From Candidatus Omnitrophota bacterium (GTDB lineage: Bacteria; Omnitrophota; Gorgyraeia; Duberdicusellales; 4484-171), in contig JAHKAJ010000025.1 of NCBI GenBank assembly GCA_018826075.1, positions 37,608 through 101,607 of the forward strand: a stretch of 64,000 nt of DNA, read 5' to 3'. The translations under genes were made by a program, and so were the position numbers. Below the pieces are notes generated by a model, which did not search any database, was not told the origin of the DNA, and worked only from the letters and a program-made list of their open reading frames with translations. Shown here piece after piece: positions 1-9,104 of this stretch. Each line of letters opens with the position of its first letter. Position 1 is the stretch's first letter.

Positions 1-353
1 CGGGAATGGAGTTCGGGAAGCTCTACCGGTTTAACCAGATAATCTTCGTTATACAGTCTGGCAGCCATAGCCCTGGCTTCCTGGTCGTCTCTGCCGGTAA
101 GCATGACTACTGGTATCGAAAGAGTATCTTTGTCAGCTTTGAGATTCTTTAAGACCTCAAAGCCATTGATCCCCGGCATCATCACATCAAGAAAGATGAG
201 GTCAGGTTTTTTATGCTTAGCCAGCTCTAAACCTTTATGGCCGTCAGAAGCTTCCAAAACCTGATAAGAATGGCGTTCCAGATTTTTCTTGAGGAAAAAA
301 CTGAAATCCTCTTCATCGTCGATTACCAGGATCTTAACTGCTTTCTGAGCCAT
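1..353 (-). CDS. CheY-like response regulator receiver domain protein (partial, C-terminus beyond window edge)
   Basis: Reverse-complement translation from ATG at 353 gives MAQKAVKILVIDDEEDFSFFLKKNL...PDLIFLDVMMPGINGFEV...LTGRDD, a classic receiver domain (DD...D...K). The ORF runs off the window and is absent from the ORF track. It overlaps the downstream PilZ ORF by about 20 nt. Confidence 0.6.
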   Translation of the reverse strand, partial: MAQKAVKILVIDDEEDFSFFLKKNLERHSYQVLEASDGHKGLELAKHKKPDLIFLDVMMPGINGFEVLKNLKADKDTLSIPVVMLTGRDDQEARAMAARLYNEDYLVKPVELPELHS

Positions 354-726
354 CTTTGGCCTGCTCCTCTTTTTTAACTTTAAGGAGCTCCTTAACATGT
401 TTTTTGATTATTTTTTTGTCGACTTCCTTGACTTTAAAAAATTCAAAACCAGTGTCATAAAGCTTAACCCCCTCGAGATACTGGCTGATTCTTTCCCCAA
501 CCCAAGTGACCTTGCCTTTACAAATTATCGGCTCGGAACGCAAATAGATCTCCAAATCGACCGAAACCTCTAAGGGGATATTCTCTCTAACCGTGACCTT
601 TATTCCCCCTTCGCTAACATCTTCGGTATAAGTAGAGATCGGCGGCCTATCCGGCAAATAAATATGCACGGTAAAAGGGTACTGCACCCTGACAAAACGC
701 CTGCGATTAAGTCCATCCCACTGCAT
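334..726 (-). CDS. PilZ domain protein (c-di-GMP binding type)
   Basis: RRRFVRV and DVSEGG motifs match the PilZ RxxxR / DxSxxG signature. 130 aa, directly upstream of and overlapping the response regulator. Confidence 0.55.
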   Translation of the reverse strand: MQWDGLNRRRFVRVQYPFTVHIYLPDRPPISTYTEDVSEGGIKVTVRENIPLEVSVDLEIYLRSEPIICKGKVTWVGERISQYLEGVKLYDTGFEFFKVKEVDKKIIKKHVKELLKVKKEEQAKDGSESS

Positions 727-733
727 ATTTTTA

Positions 734-1132
734 TTATTCTAACGCTTCGAAAATTTTTTCAGCTATAAACTCTGAAAGATGATGATTAAGCGAAGAGATC
801 TTTATCTCAGTTTTTTTCGGCTCGATCTCCCGGAAAAAAACGGCTACTTCGGTAGAACTGTTAGCTTGAGGAAAACTGACATTCAGGTTAGTAAATATGG
901 CCAGGCCTTTTTGTCGGCTGCCCCGGTAAAAGCTGGCTTTTAATCCTCCGAAGATGCTAAACACAGCATCGTAAGTGGAAAAAAAATCCTGATTGATTAC
1001 TTTAGTGAAGATTTTTCCCTTTTGTTTAAACGGCTTGGTCCCTGAACCAAAAAGCCTGACTACCTCCAGCGGCGAACAAGCCAGAAGAAAAAAGGAAAAA
1101 ATAAAGATTAAAATCAATCCTTTGGTTTTCAT
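734..1132 (-). CDS. hypothetical lipoprotein
   Basis: N-terminal signal peptide with lipobox (FLLAC); no recognisable catalytic motifs. Confidence 0.4.
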   Translation of the reverse strand: MKTKGLILIFIFSFFLLACSPLEVVRLFGSGTKPFKQKGKIFTKVINQDFFSTYDAVFSIFGGLKASFYRGSRQKGLAIFTNLNVSFPQANSSTEVAVFFREIEPKKTEIKISSLNHHLSEFIAEKIFEALE

Positions 1133-2529
1133 GTCCGTTTTTCAATCGGCAGGTATTCTGCGTTAAACGAGCCTGAATACATAGCTCGCGGCCGAAAGAT
1201 CCGGTTATGCTCAAGATATTCCATTACCCGGGAAACCCAGCCCGAAACCCGGCTGACAGCAAAGATCGGCGTAAACAGTTCGACTGGAATACCCAAAGAA
1301 GAATAGACAATCCCTGAATAAAAATCAACATTAGGAAATATCTTTTTTTCAACCCCTAAGGTAGCGATCACTTTTTTCTCCAAAGCCAAAGCAACATCAA
1401 AAAGCTGTTTAACTTCTGGGTCGTCATTTTCCTTAATTAAATATTCGGCTAAAGGCCCCAGGATCCTGGCCCGAGGATCATAAGCCTTATAAACCCGGTG
1501 CCCGAAGCCCATGATCTTTTCTTTTTTGGCCCGGGCATTCTCATACCAAGAATCTACCCTATCCGAGCCGCCGATATTTTTAAGCATATGTAAAACTTGC
1601 TCATTGGCCCCTCCGTGAAGCGGACCGTTTAAAGCGGCGATTCCTGAGCCAACAGCAAAATAAATATCCGAAAGCGTAGAAGCAACCACCAGAGTTGCGA
1701 AAGTGCTGGCATTAATGCCGTGGTCAGCATGTAAAATCAAAGCGATATCCATGATCCTCTCTTGAACCGCGGTTGGGTACTTGCCGGTAATCATATAAAT
1801 AAGATTAGCAGCATGGCTTAAATTCGGATCGGAATCAATAGGCAAATTACCCTGCTTTAAACGAGCGACTGCTCCGGCTACAGAGGCAACTCCGGCGATC
1901 AAACGCAGGCTGGATTCATAATCAGCTCCCGGGTATAAACCTTCAGCCGACTCTTTGGTTTTATCCAGCCGGTTAAATTCATAAATAGCATGCTCCTCTC
2001 CCCGGGGACGAGTCTCCATGGGGATAGAATCTTCGTCAGCGCTGATCGTTCTTCCATTTTCAAATCTATAGTTATCCTGCTTCTGGGAAAAAAGTTCCTG
2101 CTTCATCAGGCTGGCTCCGAAACTAAGCGCTGACATAGTATTCATGGTCGCAACCGGAAAATTAGCTAAAAGGCGTATGGTCGAGGGAATACTGCGATAC
2201 TTGACCATCTTCTCTTTAAAAGCTTTAAGCTGCGAATTTCCCGGAAGCTGCCCGTAAAGCAGCAAATAGGAAACTTCCTCAAAGGTAGAATAAGCGCAAA
2301 GATCAAACACGTCATAGCCCCGATAGACCAGCCAGCCTTTAGCTCCATTGACATAGCCGACTTTGCTTTCGCAAGCAATAGCTCCTTCCAGGCCCGGCCC
2401 GACTAAGCACTGAATCGGCCATTGAATAGGCTTGGGCATCTCCGGCGCCGGTTCATTTCCAGTTTCCTGGCGGGATTTCTCTCTGACCTTAAGGATTAAA
2501 TCAGTAATCGCTTTTGTATTTTCATGCAT
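1129..2529 (-). CDS. gltA: citrate synthase
   Basis: GFGHRVYKAYDPRARIL is the citrate synthase signature region. Start trimmed to ATG at 2529 (MHENTK...) because the longer ORF overlaps the upstream gene. Confidence 0.8.
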   Translation of the reverse strand: MHENTKAITDLILKVREKSRQETGNEPAPEMPKPIQWPIQCLVGPGLEGAIACESKVGYVNGAKGWLVYRGYDVFDLCAYSTFEEVSYLLLYGQLPGNSQLKAFKEKMVKYRSIPSTIRLLANFPVATMNTMSALSFGASLMKQELFSQKQDNYRFENGRTISADEDSIPMETRPRGEEHAIYEFNRLDKTKESAEGLYPGADYESSLRLIAGVASVAGAVARLKQGNLPIDSDPNLSHAANLIYMITGKYPTAVQERIMDIALILHADHGINASTFATLVVASTLSDIYFAVGSGIAALNGPLHGGANEQVLHMLKNIGGSDRVDSWYENARAKKEKIMGFGHRVYKAYDPRARILGPLAEYLIKENDDPEVKQLFDVALALEKKVIATLGVEKKIFPNVDFYSGIVYSSLGIPVELFTPIFAVSRVSGWVSRVMEYLEHNRIFRPRAMYSGSFNAEYLPIEKRT

Positions 2530-2576
2530 AATCACCACCTCGCTTAAGTCATAATTATACCAGAAAGTTTTATTTT

Positions 2577-4121
2577 CTAAAGCCTTAAAATTTGGGCCCA
2601 ATAGGCTTTGAGGGGATTTTCGAAAATCACCTGCCAACGGGAAACCAAAGGCAGTTTTATTAATTTGGCCGGTTTTAATAGCTTTTTTTGGCTAAAATCA
2701 TGATATTCTGAAAGGCTGAGGCTTTGAATAAATACTTTATGCTTCTTTCCCTTTAAAACAAACCCTTGAGGGATGACTTTGAGTTCATACCCATTTACCT
2801 GTAAAAAGAAAGCTAAACTGTAGGTGTTGACTGAAAGTAAATAGTTTTCCGGAACTGCTTCTTTAAGGCCGACAATTACAAAATCTGATTCAGAGTTTGA
2901 AACTAGTTCAGCTAACCCTTGGGAAAAAGCCAAAGCATCCTGCCAATAAGGCTTTTGGTTGGAGCTGCTCACCTGCTGATAGCCCTTCCAGTAGGCGCCA
3001 AAAAATCTTGGGCCGTCATGAGTATGGGCATAAGCCGGGTTTCTGGTAATCCGTAGATAAGGAAACTTACCTTCCGGTTCAAGTGAAAAAAATTGAACTA
3101 AGATACTAAAAATAACCACAGCATAGGCCGATCTTTTAAAATTGAGTTTTAATCTTTTAGCTAACGGCCTCTGGCTAAAATCTAAAATCGCCGCCAACAA
3201 GACAAACGGCCCCAGGCAAATAGCGGCAAGCAAATGATGCCCGGATACCAGCCGGCCGAAAACCGGATAAAATAATATACCGGCTGGAATAATCACCAGC
3301 AGGCGCTTAAAGTCCTTTTTGGCTAAAGATTCTCCAAAGTAAACACAAGCGTATATACTTAAAAAAAACCAAACCGCTATGTTGGTGGCAGTAAACAAAA
3401 TATTCAAAGAATTAATCTGGCTCTCAGCCAAAGACCCGTTCAGTAAAAGATGGGATTTGTAATATGCTAGAATTTGCAGTGGTTTAAAAATTCCCGAAAA
3501 AATCGCCGCGGCCAAAATAAAAAAACTTCCTAAAGAAAAAGCAATTATCGAACGCCGGGAACGAGCTTTAAAAATTATAATAAAAAAAAGGGCCGGGATA
3601 CCCAGCAAAAAATCAAACCTGAAAAAACAGGCTAAAACAGCTAAGCTTCCGGCAAGGAAATATTTAGTATTCTTGCTGGAAACTATAGCTTGAGGTGAAT
3701 TTTTCCAAAACAAAATTAGTACTGCCAAGGAAAAAATAACCATGCCAAAAACGCTGGAATTAGGGTAAAGCAAACGGAAGAAGATCTCAGGAAACAATAA
3801 CAAAAAACAGAAACTAAAAAACAAATTTATTCTTCTGTTTGAGGCTTGATAAACCGAAAAGGTAAGCAAACATACTGCCAAGGCTCCCAATAAAGCCGGC
3901 AACAGATATAAAAAATACGGCAGGCCGCTAATCCGATAAACTAAATAGTTGACTTCGTAGGCCAGGGGCTGGTAATAGTAGCTATAAAGGAAAAACTCCC
4001 CAGCCTTGGCTTGAGCGAGATTGACTGAACCGGCCAAGATAGCTACCCCGTCAGGCTCATACCAGCCCCGGTCGCCAAAGGAAATCCCCCAAACTGCCAA
4101 AAGGCAATAAAGCAAGACCAA
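2577..4121 (-). CDS. polytopic membrane protein, GT-C/PMT-like glycosyltransferase candidate
   Basis: More than 10 predicted TM helices and Tyr/Phe-rich loops. The general architecture resembles ArnT/PMT-type glycosyltransferases, but no definitive motif was found. Confidence 0.35.
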   Translation of the reverse strand: MVLLYCLLAVWGISFGDRGWYEPDGVAILAGSVNLAQAKAGEFFLYSYYYQPLAYEVNYLVYRISGLPYFLYLLPALLGALAVCLLTFSVYQASNRRINLFFSFCFLLLFPEIFFRLLYPNSSVFGMVIFSLAVLILFWKNSPQAIVSSKNTKYFLAGSLAVLACFFRFDFLLGIPALFFIIIFKARSRRSIIAFSLGSFFILAAAIFSGIFKPLQILAYYKSHLLLNGSLAESQINSLNILFTATNIAVWFFLSIYACVYFGESLAKKDFKRLLVIIPAGILFYPVFGRLVSGHHLLAAICLGPFVLLAAILDFSQRPLAKRLKLNFKRSAYAVVIFSILVQFFSLEPEGKFPYLRITRNPAYAHTHDGPRFFGAYWKGYQQVSSSNQKPYWQDALAFSQGLAELVSNSESDFVIVGLKEAVPENYLLSVNTYSLAFFLQVNGYELKVIPQGFVLKGKKHKVFIQSLSLSEYHDFSQKKLLKPAKLIKLPLVSRWQVIFENPLKAYWAQILRL

Positions 4122-4171
4122 CCCGATCAGGGGATTCTTGAAAATTTTTAAGATTTGAAAAAAATAATTAC

Positions 4172-4618
4172 TTATTCTGATTGCTTATACACCCTGTCAT
4201 TCTCATGAACCGGCTTGATCACCTTAATACCTATTTCAAGACCCTTCTTGGCAGTAGAAATAGATTCATGCTCATATTGCATAGATTGAATGCTTTGGCT
4301 AAAATCATCATGAGCACCTTTTATATGGATCTTGTCTCCAACTTTCAAGGCAGTTTTAACCTTGATTATCCCTACCTGGATCTTTCCGAAGTAGTGAGTA
4401 ACAATACCAACTTCCCTCTCCTTGAGCTTAGCCGGAACAATCTTTACCGGCCGGGATTTCTTTTTTACTGATTTGATCTTTTTGCTAACTTTTTTGGCCG
4501 GCTTGGTTTTAGATTTTTTAACGGTTTTCTTTGCCGGTTTGGCCTTAGTTTTTTTAACCTTCGGCTTTTTAGAACTTTTACGATTTACTGACTTTTTCCA
4601 AAGCTTTACCAACGTCAT
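4172..4618 (-). CDS. lysine-rich (histone H1-like) N-terminus fused to an EF-Tu domain-2-like beta-barrel; hypothetical
   Basis: Residues 10-60 are a K/P/A-rich repeat (KKPKVKKTKAKPAKK...). The C-terminal GIVTHYFGKIQVGIIKVKTALKVGDKIHIKG...GLEIGIKV resembles the translation-factor beta-barrel pattern. Confidence 0.35.
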   Translation of the reverse strand: MTLVKLWKKSVNRKSSKKPKVKKTKAKPAKKTVKKSKTKPAKKVSKKIKSVKKKSRPVKIVPAKLKEREVGIVTHYFGKIQVGIIKVKTALKVGDKIHIKGAHDDFSQSIQSMQYEHESISTAKKGLEIGIKVIKPVHENDRVYKQSE

Positions 4619-4662
4619 TTTTCACCTCCCTTTTCCTTGGCATCATATCATAGAAAAAACAA

Positions 4663-4739
4663 TGGGGTGGGTGACGAGATTTGAACTCGCGACCACTTGA
4701 GCCACAGTCAAGTGCTCTGCCAACTGAGCTACACCCACC
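4663..4739 (-). tRNA. tRNA-His (GTG)
   Basis: The reverse complement folds as a cloverleaf: GGTGGGTG/TAGCTCAGTTGGCAGAGC/CTTGA-CTGTGGC-TCAAG/.../CACCCACC-CCA. The anticodon loop is CTGTGGC (GTG), with an extra 5' G typical of tRNA-His and an encoded CCA. Confidence 0.85.
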
Positions 4740-4749
4740 AAAAAAAGTA

Positions 4750-5052
4750 TTATTTAGGGTTATTCCTTATTTTTTGGTGGCACCGAGGCTGTAAAGCCGA
4801 GGTGCCTCTATTTATCAACTGAATCTTTTTATCTTTGCTCCAACCTTTGATCTCTGCTTCTCTTTTAAGAACCTCTGATTTAGATAAAAATTCCTCACTA
4901 TATTTTAGCTCTACCGGCCTCCTAAATTTAGTAAACCGGCAACCTTGACCCCGATTGTGTTGTTTAATCCTGTTATCTAAATTATTAGTAATACCTGTAT
5001 ATAACTTTTGATCCTTACACTTGATTATATACAAGTACCACCTTTTGTCCAT
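4750..5052 (-). CDS. GIY-YIG nuclease family protein
   Basis: YLYIIKCKDQKLYTGITNNLDNRIKQHN matches the GIY...YIG motif plus the conserved R/E. 100 aa. It lies between direct repeats of the tRNA-His 5' end. Confidence 0.75.
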   Translation of the reverse strand: MDKRWYLYIIKCKDQKLYTGITNNLDNRIKQHNRGQGCRFTKFRRPVELKYSEEFLSKSEVLKREAEIKGWSKDKKIQLINRGTSALQPRCHQKIRNNPK

Positions 5053-5172
5053 TTTCTAGATCCTTCGCCTTCGGCTCAGGATTAATTCAACTATGTACTT
5101 TTGCAAGTTCGAAAAACGCAGCAAAAGTACAAGTTTCATTAAGCTACACCCACCAAAAAAGCATTATCTATC

Positions 5173-6447
5173 TTAATTTTGCGATTCCGCAGGTTGTTGT
5201 TCTGATGTTTCTTTATTTTTTTTGGGGACAAAGATGCTTTTCAGGGTATCGACTATTTCTTCCCCGCTTTTCTTAAAAACATCAATGGTCTCATCTAGGG
5301 TGAGTTCCTTCCCCTCTTTAAGCTTGTCTCCAATATTTTCCTTAAGGTTATCGGCAACCCCCTGGACCATCAATGAACCAAAAGGAACAACTTCTTTAAG
5401 GCTATCCTTTATTGAAGTTAAGTTTAAATTAGGAGAATCCATTTTAGTCTTAATCACAAAATTAAACACCGGTTTGTCTCCGGGGCCTTTCAAGAAAGAA
5501 AGAATGGTCCGTAAAGTCTTAGTCCGGGAACTCTCCTCCTGACCCTCGGGAACTTCCAGATATTCTATATTTTCTAAAACTAAAGAACTTTCTATGGCCA
5601 GCTCATTTTCCTTAGAGTTAAAATTGCTGTTTAAAGAAAGGCTGGCCTGTTTAATCCCCCAACTCTCCGGCTTCCAAAATGCCGGCCAATAGGAACTAAA
5701 AGCATTGTATCTGATATCCTCCAGACTGACATCCAGATCCATATTTTTATGATAATAATCTACCCAGCCGTTGGCAGACATACTTTCTATAGCGCTGGTT
5801 TCTCCGACCGTAGCAAAACCTTTAGCTTTCAGATAAAATTTTTCCGGATCAGGAAAAGAAAAATTCGTCAACTTTATGTCGACATCTTTGATGATTATTG
5901 GTTTTGCTTCCCGGTTGGTTTTATCTTCAAACTCTATCCGGCTGTTGATCACCCGGATATCTTTTATGGTAACCGGGATTATCTTGACTATCTCGGGTTC
6001 ACCAGCCTCTGCGGCTTTTTTGGAAACAAAATTAGTGGCCGGGCCAGAAGTTGGTTGATTCTCAGATAACTTTTCCTCTAAGCTTCCTTGAGGTTTTCCT
6101 TTTTCAAAAAAAGGCAAAACATGTAAACCTCTCCGGTCGTTTACGATGTTAATTTTCAGGCCGTCAACAATAAGTTTAGCTACAGCTAAACGCCTAAAAG
6201 GATTAAACAAATCTAAGTAAGCATTGGCTTTATCAAACGAGATATCAGCACACTCAAAACCTTTTAACTCTATAGCGAAAGGAAAACTTACCCGTAGCGA
6301 TTCAATTTCTACTTCCTGGCCAAAATTTTTCTCTAAGTTAGCGATTATTATCTCTCTCCCCTTTAGGTTAAGAAAGATAAAAAGAGCTGCATGAAATAAA
6401 ATTATTGCAACTACCAATAAACCCAGAGCAATCAATAATTTTTTCAT
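5173..6447 (-). CDS. membrane-anchored hypothetical protein (AsmA-like architecture)
   Basis: N-terminal TM helix followed by a long beta-rich periplasmic region. The family assignment is tentative. Confidence 0.3.
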   Translation of the reverse strand: MKKLLIALGLLVVAIILFHAALFIFLNLKGREIIIANLEKNFGQEVEIESLRVSFPFAIELKGFECADISFDKANAYLDLFNPFRRLAVAKLIVDGLKINIVNDRRGLHVLPFFEKGKPQGSLEEKLSENQPTSGPATNFVSKKAAEAGEPEIVKIIPVTIKDIRVINSRIEFEDKTNREAKPIIIKDVDIKLTNFSFPDPEKFYLKAKGFATVGETSAIESMSANGWVDYYHKNMDLDVSLEDIRYNAFSSYWPAFWKPESWGIKQASLSLNSNFNSKENELAIESSLVLENIEYLEVPEGQEESSRTKTLRTILSFLKGPGDKPVFNFVIKTKMDSPNLNLTSIKDSLKEVVPFGSLMVQGVADNLKENIGDKLKEGKELTLDETIDVFKKSGEEIVDTLKSIFVPKKNKETSEQQPAESQN

Positions 6448-6497
6448 TTCAGTATTTTTCTCCTTATTCTTCGTTTTTACGATTAAGATAAAACCAC

Positions 6498-6570
6498 GTG
6501 CCCGGCAGGAATCGAACCTGCAACCCTCGGCTTAGAAGGCCGATGCTCTATCCAATTGAGCTACGGGCAC
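6498..6570 (-). tRNA. tRNA-Arg (TCT)
   Basis: Reverse complement GTGCCCGTAGCTCAATTGGATAGAGCATCGGCCTTCTAAGCCGAGGGTTGCAGGTTCGATTCCTGCCGGGCACG. Anticodon loop CTTCTAA. Confidence 0.8.
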
Positions 6571-6574
6571 AATT

Positions 6575-6652
6575 TGGTCGGGGCGACAGGATTCGAACCT
6601 GTGACATCTTGGTCCCAAACCAAGCGCTCTAACCGGACTGAGCCACGCCCCG
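6575..6652 (-). tRNA. tRNA-Pro (TGG)
   Basis: Reverse complement CGGGGCGTGGCTCAGTCCGGTTAGAGCGCTTGGTTTGGGACCAAGATGTCACAGGTTCGAATCCTGTCGCCCCGACCA. Anticodon loop TTTGGGA. CCA is encoded. Confidence 0.8.
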
Positions 6653-6712
6653 AACACAAAGGTAAATTTATTATAACTGGTTTTCTTATAGTGTAAAGGC
6701 GGTTTTGCCTCT

Positions 6713-7492
6713 CTAAAGACAAGCCGAAACGATTTCGACTACCCTTTGGTGAATTTTTTTATTCGAAGCAATATAGCCTATATTTTTATAGGTTAAAGGC
6801 TTTCCTTTTAAATCAGTTAAGCTGCCGCCGGCTTCCTCGATCAGGCATACCCCTCCGGCAAAATCCCAGGGCCGGTCATGAAATTCAACTACAAAATCCA
6901 AAACCCCTTCAGCAACATAGGAAAGATGCCGGGCTGATGAGCCAAGCATCCGAACATTAAAAACTTCCCTGGCTAAATTTCCCAAAGCCGGCAGCATCTG
7001 TTCCGGTGAATAACGAATACTGGAATCAAAGGCGATCGAACAATCCTTTAAAACATCGTTGGCCGAAACAGAAATCTTTCTGCCGTTTTTATAAGCTCCC
7101 TGGCCTTTTTCAGCGCTATACAGCTCATCGTCTTTAGGCATATAGATTATTCCGGCAACAAAATCTTTCTGCTTATGCACCAGTCCGATAGAAACTCCAA
7201 AAATATCGATGTTACGGATAAAATTATGGGTACCGTCTAAAGGGTCAATAATCCAAATATATTCTTTATCTTGGCCACTTGAGCCGCTTTCTTCAGCGAG
7301 AATAGCATGATCGGGAAATCGGGCTTTGATTTTACTGATAATCATCGCTTCAGCTTCCCGGTCCAGATTAGTGGCGAAATCACGATCGCCTTTTTTCTTA
7401 ATCTGGCTTACTTTGCCGAAATTATCCCAGAGAAATTTTCCAGCAACTCTGGCAGCTTCAATACCGACATCAAGAATTTTGCTCACCCTCAC
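6713..7492 (-). CDS. suhB: inositol monophosphatase family protein
   Basis: WIIDPLDGTHNF and the WDxAAG-like region (WDFAGG) match IMPase family motifs. Confidence 0.8.
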   Translation of the reverse strand: MRVSKILDVGIEAARVAGKFLWDNFGKVSQIKKKGDRDFATNLDREAEAMIISKIKARFPDHAILAEESGSSGQDKEYIWIIDPLDGTHNFIRNIDIFGVSIGLVHKQKDFVAGIIYMPKDDELYSAEKGQGAYKNGRKISVSANDVLKDCSIAFDSSIRYSPEQMLPALGNLAREVFNVRMLGSSARHLSYVAEGVLDFVVEFHDRPWDFAGGVCLIEEAGGSLTDLKGKPLTYKNIGYIASNKKIHQRVVEIVSACL

Positions 7493-7950
7493 CTCCGTTT
7501 CTTATAAAATCTTTTTAAACTGCGTTCGGTCTCACGCTTGACAATGTCTTCTTTGATCTTTCTGCGTTTATCCTGAATCTGTTTTCCTTTGGCTAAAGCC
7601 AGTTCTATTTTAGCAATGCCCCGGTCGCTGAAATAGACCTTCAAAGGAACAAGTGTGCAGCCTTTTTGGACAGTCAGGCCGATCAAGCGCTTGATTTCTT
7701 TTTTATGCACCAGCAGCTTTCTTACTCTTTTGGGGTCACTTTTAAAATATGAGCTTTTGGCAAATTCAGGAATATGCATATTGTATAAAAAAAGTTCGTT
7801 GTTTTCAATCCGGCCAAAACTCTCATCAAGAGAACAATTCATGGTGCGTAAGGATTTGACTTCATTGCCTCTCAGGGCGATTCCGGCATCGATGGCCTCA
7901 AGGATGGTATAATCACGCCTGGCTTTTCTATTGGTAGCGACTATCTTCAT
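7489..7950 (-). CDS. smpB: SsrA-binding protein SmpB
   Basis: The N-terminus is conserved in SmpB (IATNRKARRDYTILE..GIALRGNEVKSLR). 153 aa. Confidence 0.9.
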   Translation of the reverse strand: MKIVATNRKARRDYTILEAIDAGIALRGNEVKSLRTMNCSLDESFGRIENNELFLYNMHIPEFAKSSYFKSDPKRVRKLLVHKKEIKRLIGLTVQKGCTLVPLKVYFSDRGIAKIELALAKGKQIQDKRRKIKEDIVKRETERSLKRFYKKRR

Positions 7951-7952
7951 AG

Positions 7953-8903
7953 CTATAAAAAACTAAATCCCAAAACCTGCATTAAACTTAAAAGAAGCGG
8001 GATAGTAATAATGCTTAACAGGTGAGTAAAAAATACCCCCTGGGAAACAAACTCGCTGTCAGCTCCCCGCAGGTTAGCGATGATCGGCAGAGACACTGCC
8101 GACGGCATTGCTGCCTCAAGGACAATAAACACCCCCAGAAGTGAAAACAGCTTAAAATAAACTAAGCCAACCATAAACAAAAGCGGCATCAGCAGCAGCT
8201 TTAAAAGCCCCAGTTCAAAGATCAGCATCAGCTGCTTGGTAAAACCTTCCAGCTTGATCTTAGCCAGCCAACAGCCCAAAATTATCAGCGAAAGGACAAA
8301 ACTGGTATCGCCGACCATCTGCAAAGGGTCTAACAGGGTTTTGGGAATAAACCCAATAGTCTTAGTATAAATAAACAATAAAGCCAAAACTATGCCTAAA
8401 ACCGGCGGCGTAAATAACGACTGAAAACGAAAAGCTTCTTTCTTCTTTCGAAAAATCAGAAAACTGCCCAGGGACCACATGATCACATTATACCCGAGAA
8501 GGTAGAGAAAAATATAGACTAAAAACTTTTCACGCAGGCCGCCGGCCGGAAAAAGAAAAAAAGCTATGCTTATCGGTAAGTATCCTCCATTCTGGAAACT
8601 TATCGCGCTGATAAACTCCTCTTTGAGTTTATGGCTTTTTCCCCAGGAAACGATTAAACCCAAAAAATAGCCGACTAAAAAAATAAGAATGGCGATAAGA
8701 ATAAACACCCAAAGGGAGCTGGATAAAACTATCTGAGAACTGCCGATCAGGCGAGAAAAGATCAAAAAAGGAAAAGTAAAATTTATTACCAAAGCAGTTA
8801 AAACGCCTAAAGCCTGATCGGTAATGACCTTTCGCTTATAAAGGTAAAATCCAAAAAGGGCAATTAATAGAAGTTTAATAACTGTCAAGGATACTGATTG
8901 CAT
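7953..8903 (-). CDS. AEC (auxin efflux carrier) family transporter
   Basis: About 10 TM helices with an N-terminus typical of AEC/malate-permease-like proteins. Start trimmed to ATG at 8903 because the longer ORF overruns tRNA-Ser and tRNA-Leu. Confidence 0.55.
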   Translation of the reverse strand: MQSVSLTVIKLLLIALFGFYLYKRKVITDQALGVLTALVINFTFPFLIFSRLIGSSQIVLSSSLWVFILIAILIFLVGYFLGLIVSWGKSHKLKEEFISAISFQNGGYLPISIAFFLFPAGGLREKFLVYIFLYLLGYNVIMWSLGSFLIFRKKKEAFRFQSLFTPPVLGIVLALLFIYTKTIGFIPKTLLDPLQMVGDTSFVLSLIILGCWLAKIKLEGFTKQLMLIFELGLLKLLLMPLLFMVGLVYFKLFSLLGVFIVLEAAMPSAVSLPIIANLRGADSEFVSQGVFFTHLLSIITIPLLLSLMQVLGFSFL

Positions 8904-8920
8904 ATTAAAATATTGGTTCT

Positions 8921-9016
8921 TGGCGGAGAGGGTGAGATTTGAACTCACGGTCCCGCCATTAAGCAGGACTTCCGATTTCGAATCGGACGCATTCAACCGG
9001 GCTCTGCCACCTCTCC
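8921..9016 (-). tRNA. tRNA-Ser (CGA)
   Basis: Reverse complement GGAGAGGTGGCAGAGCCCGGTTGAATGCGTCCGATTCGAAATCGGAAG + long variable arm + GTTCAAATCTCACCCTCTCCGCCA. Anticodon loop TTCGAAA. Confidence 0.8.
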
Positions 9017-9021
9017 AAAAA

Positions 9022-9104
9022 TGCGGAAGGGGGGACTTGAACCCCCATAGTATTGCTACCACTAGGTCCTGAACCTAGCGCGTCTGCCATTCCGCCACTT
9101 CCGC
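9022..9104 (-). tRNA. tRNA-Leu (CAG)
   Basis: Reverse complement GCGGAAGTGGCGGAATGGCAGACGCGCTAGGTTCAGGACCTAG + long variable arm + GGGGGTTCAAGTCCCCCCTTCCGCA. Anticodon loop TTCAGGA. Confidence 0.8.

Noticed and set aside
2530-2637. Longer N-terminus of the citrate synthase ORF
   Set aside because: It overlaps the upstream membrane-protein gene. The conserved citrate synthase region begins after ATG 2529.
8904-9062. Longer N-terminus of the AEC transporter ORF
   Set aside because: It runs through tRNA-Ser and tRNA-Leu. The internal ATG at 8903 gives the typical AEC N-terminus.
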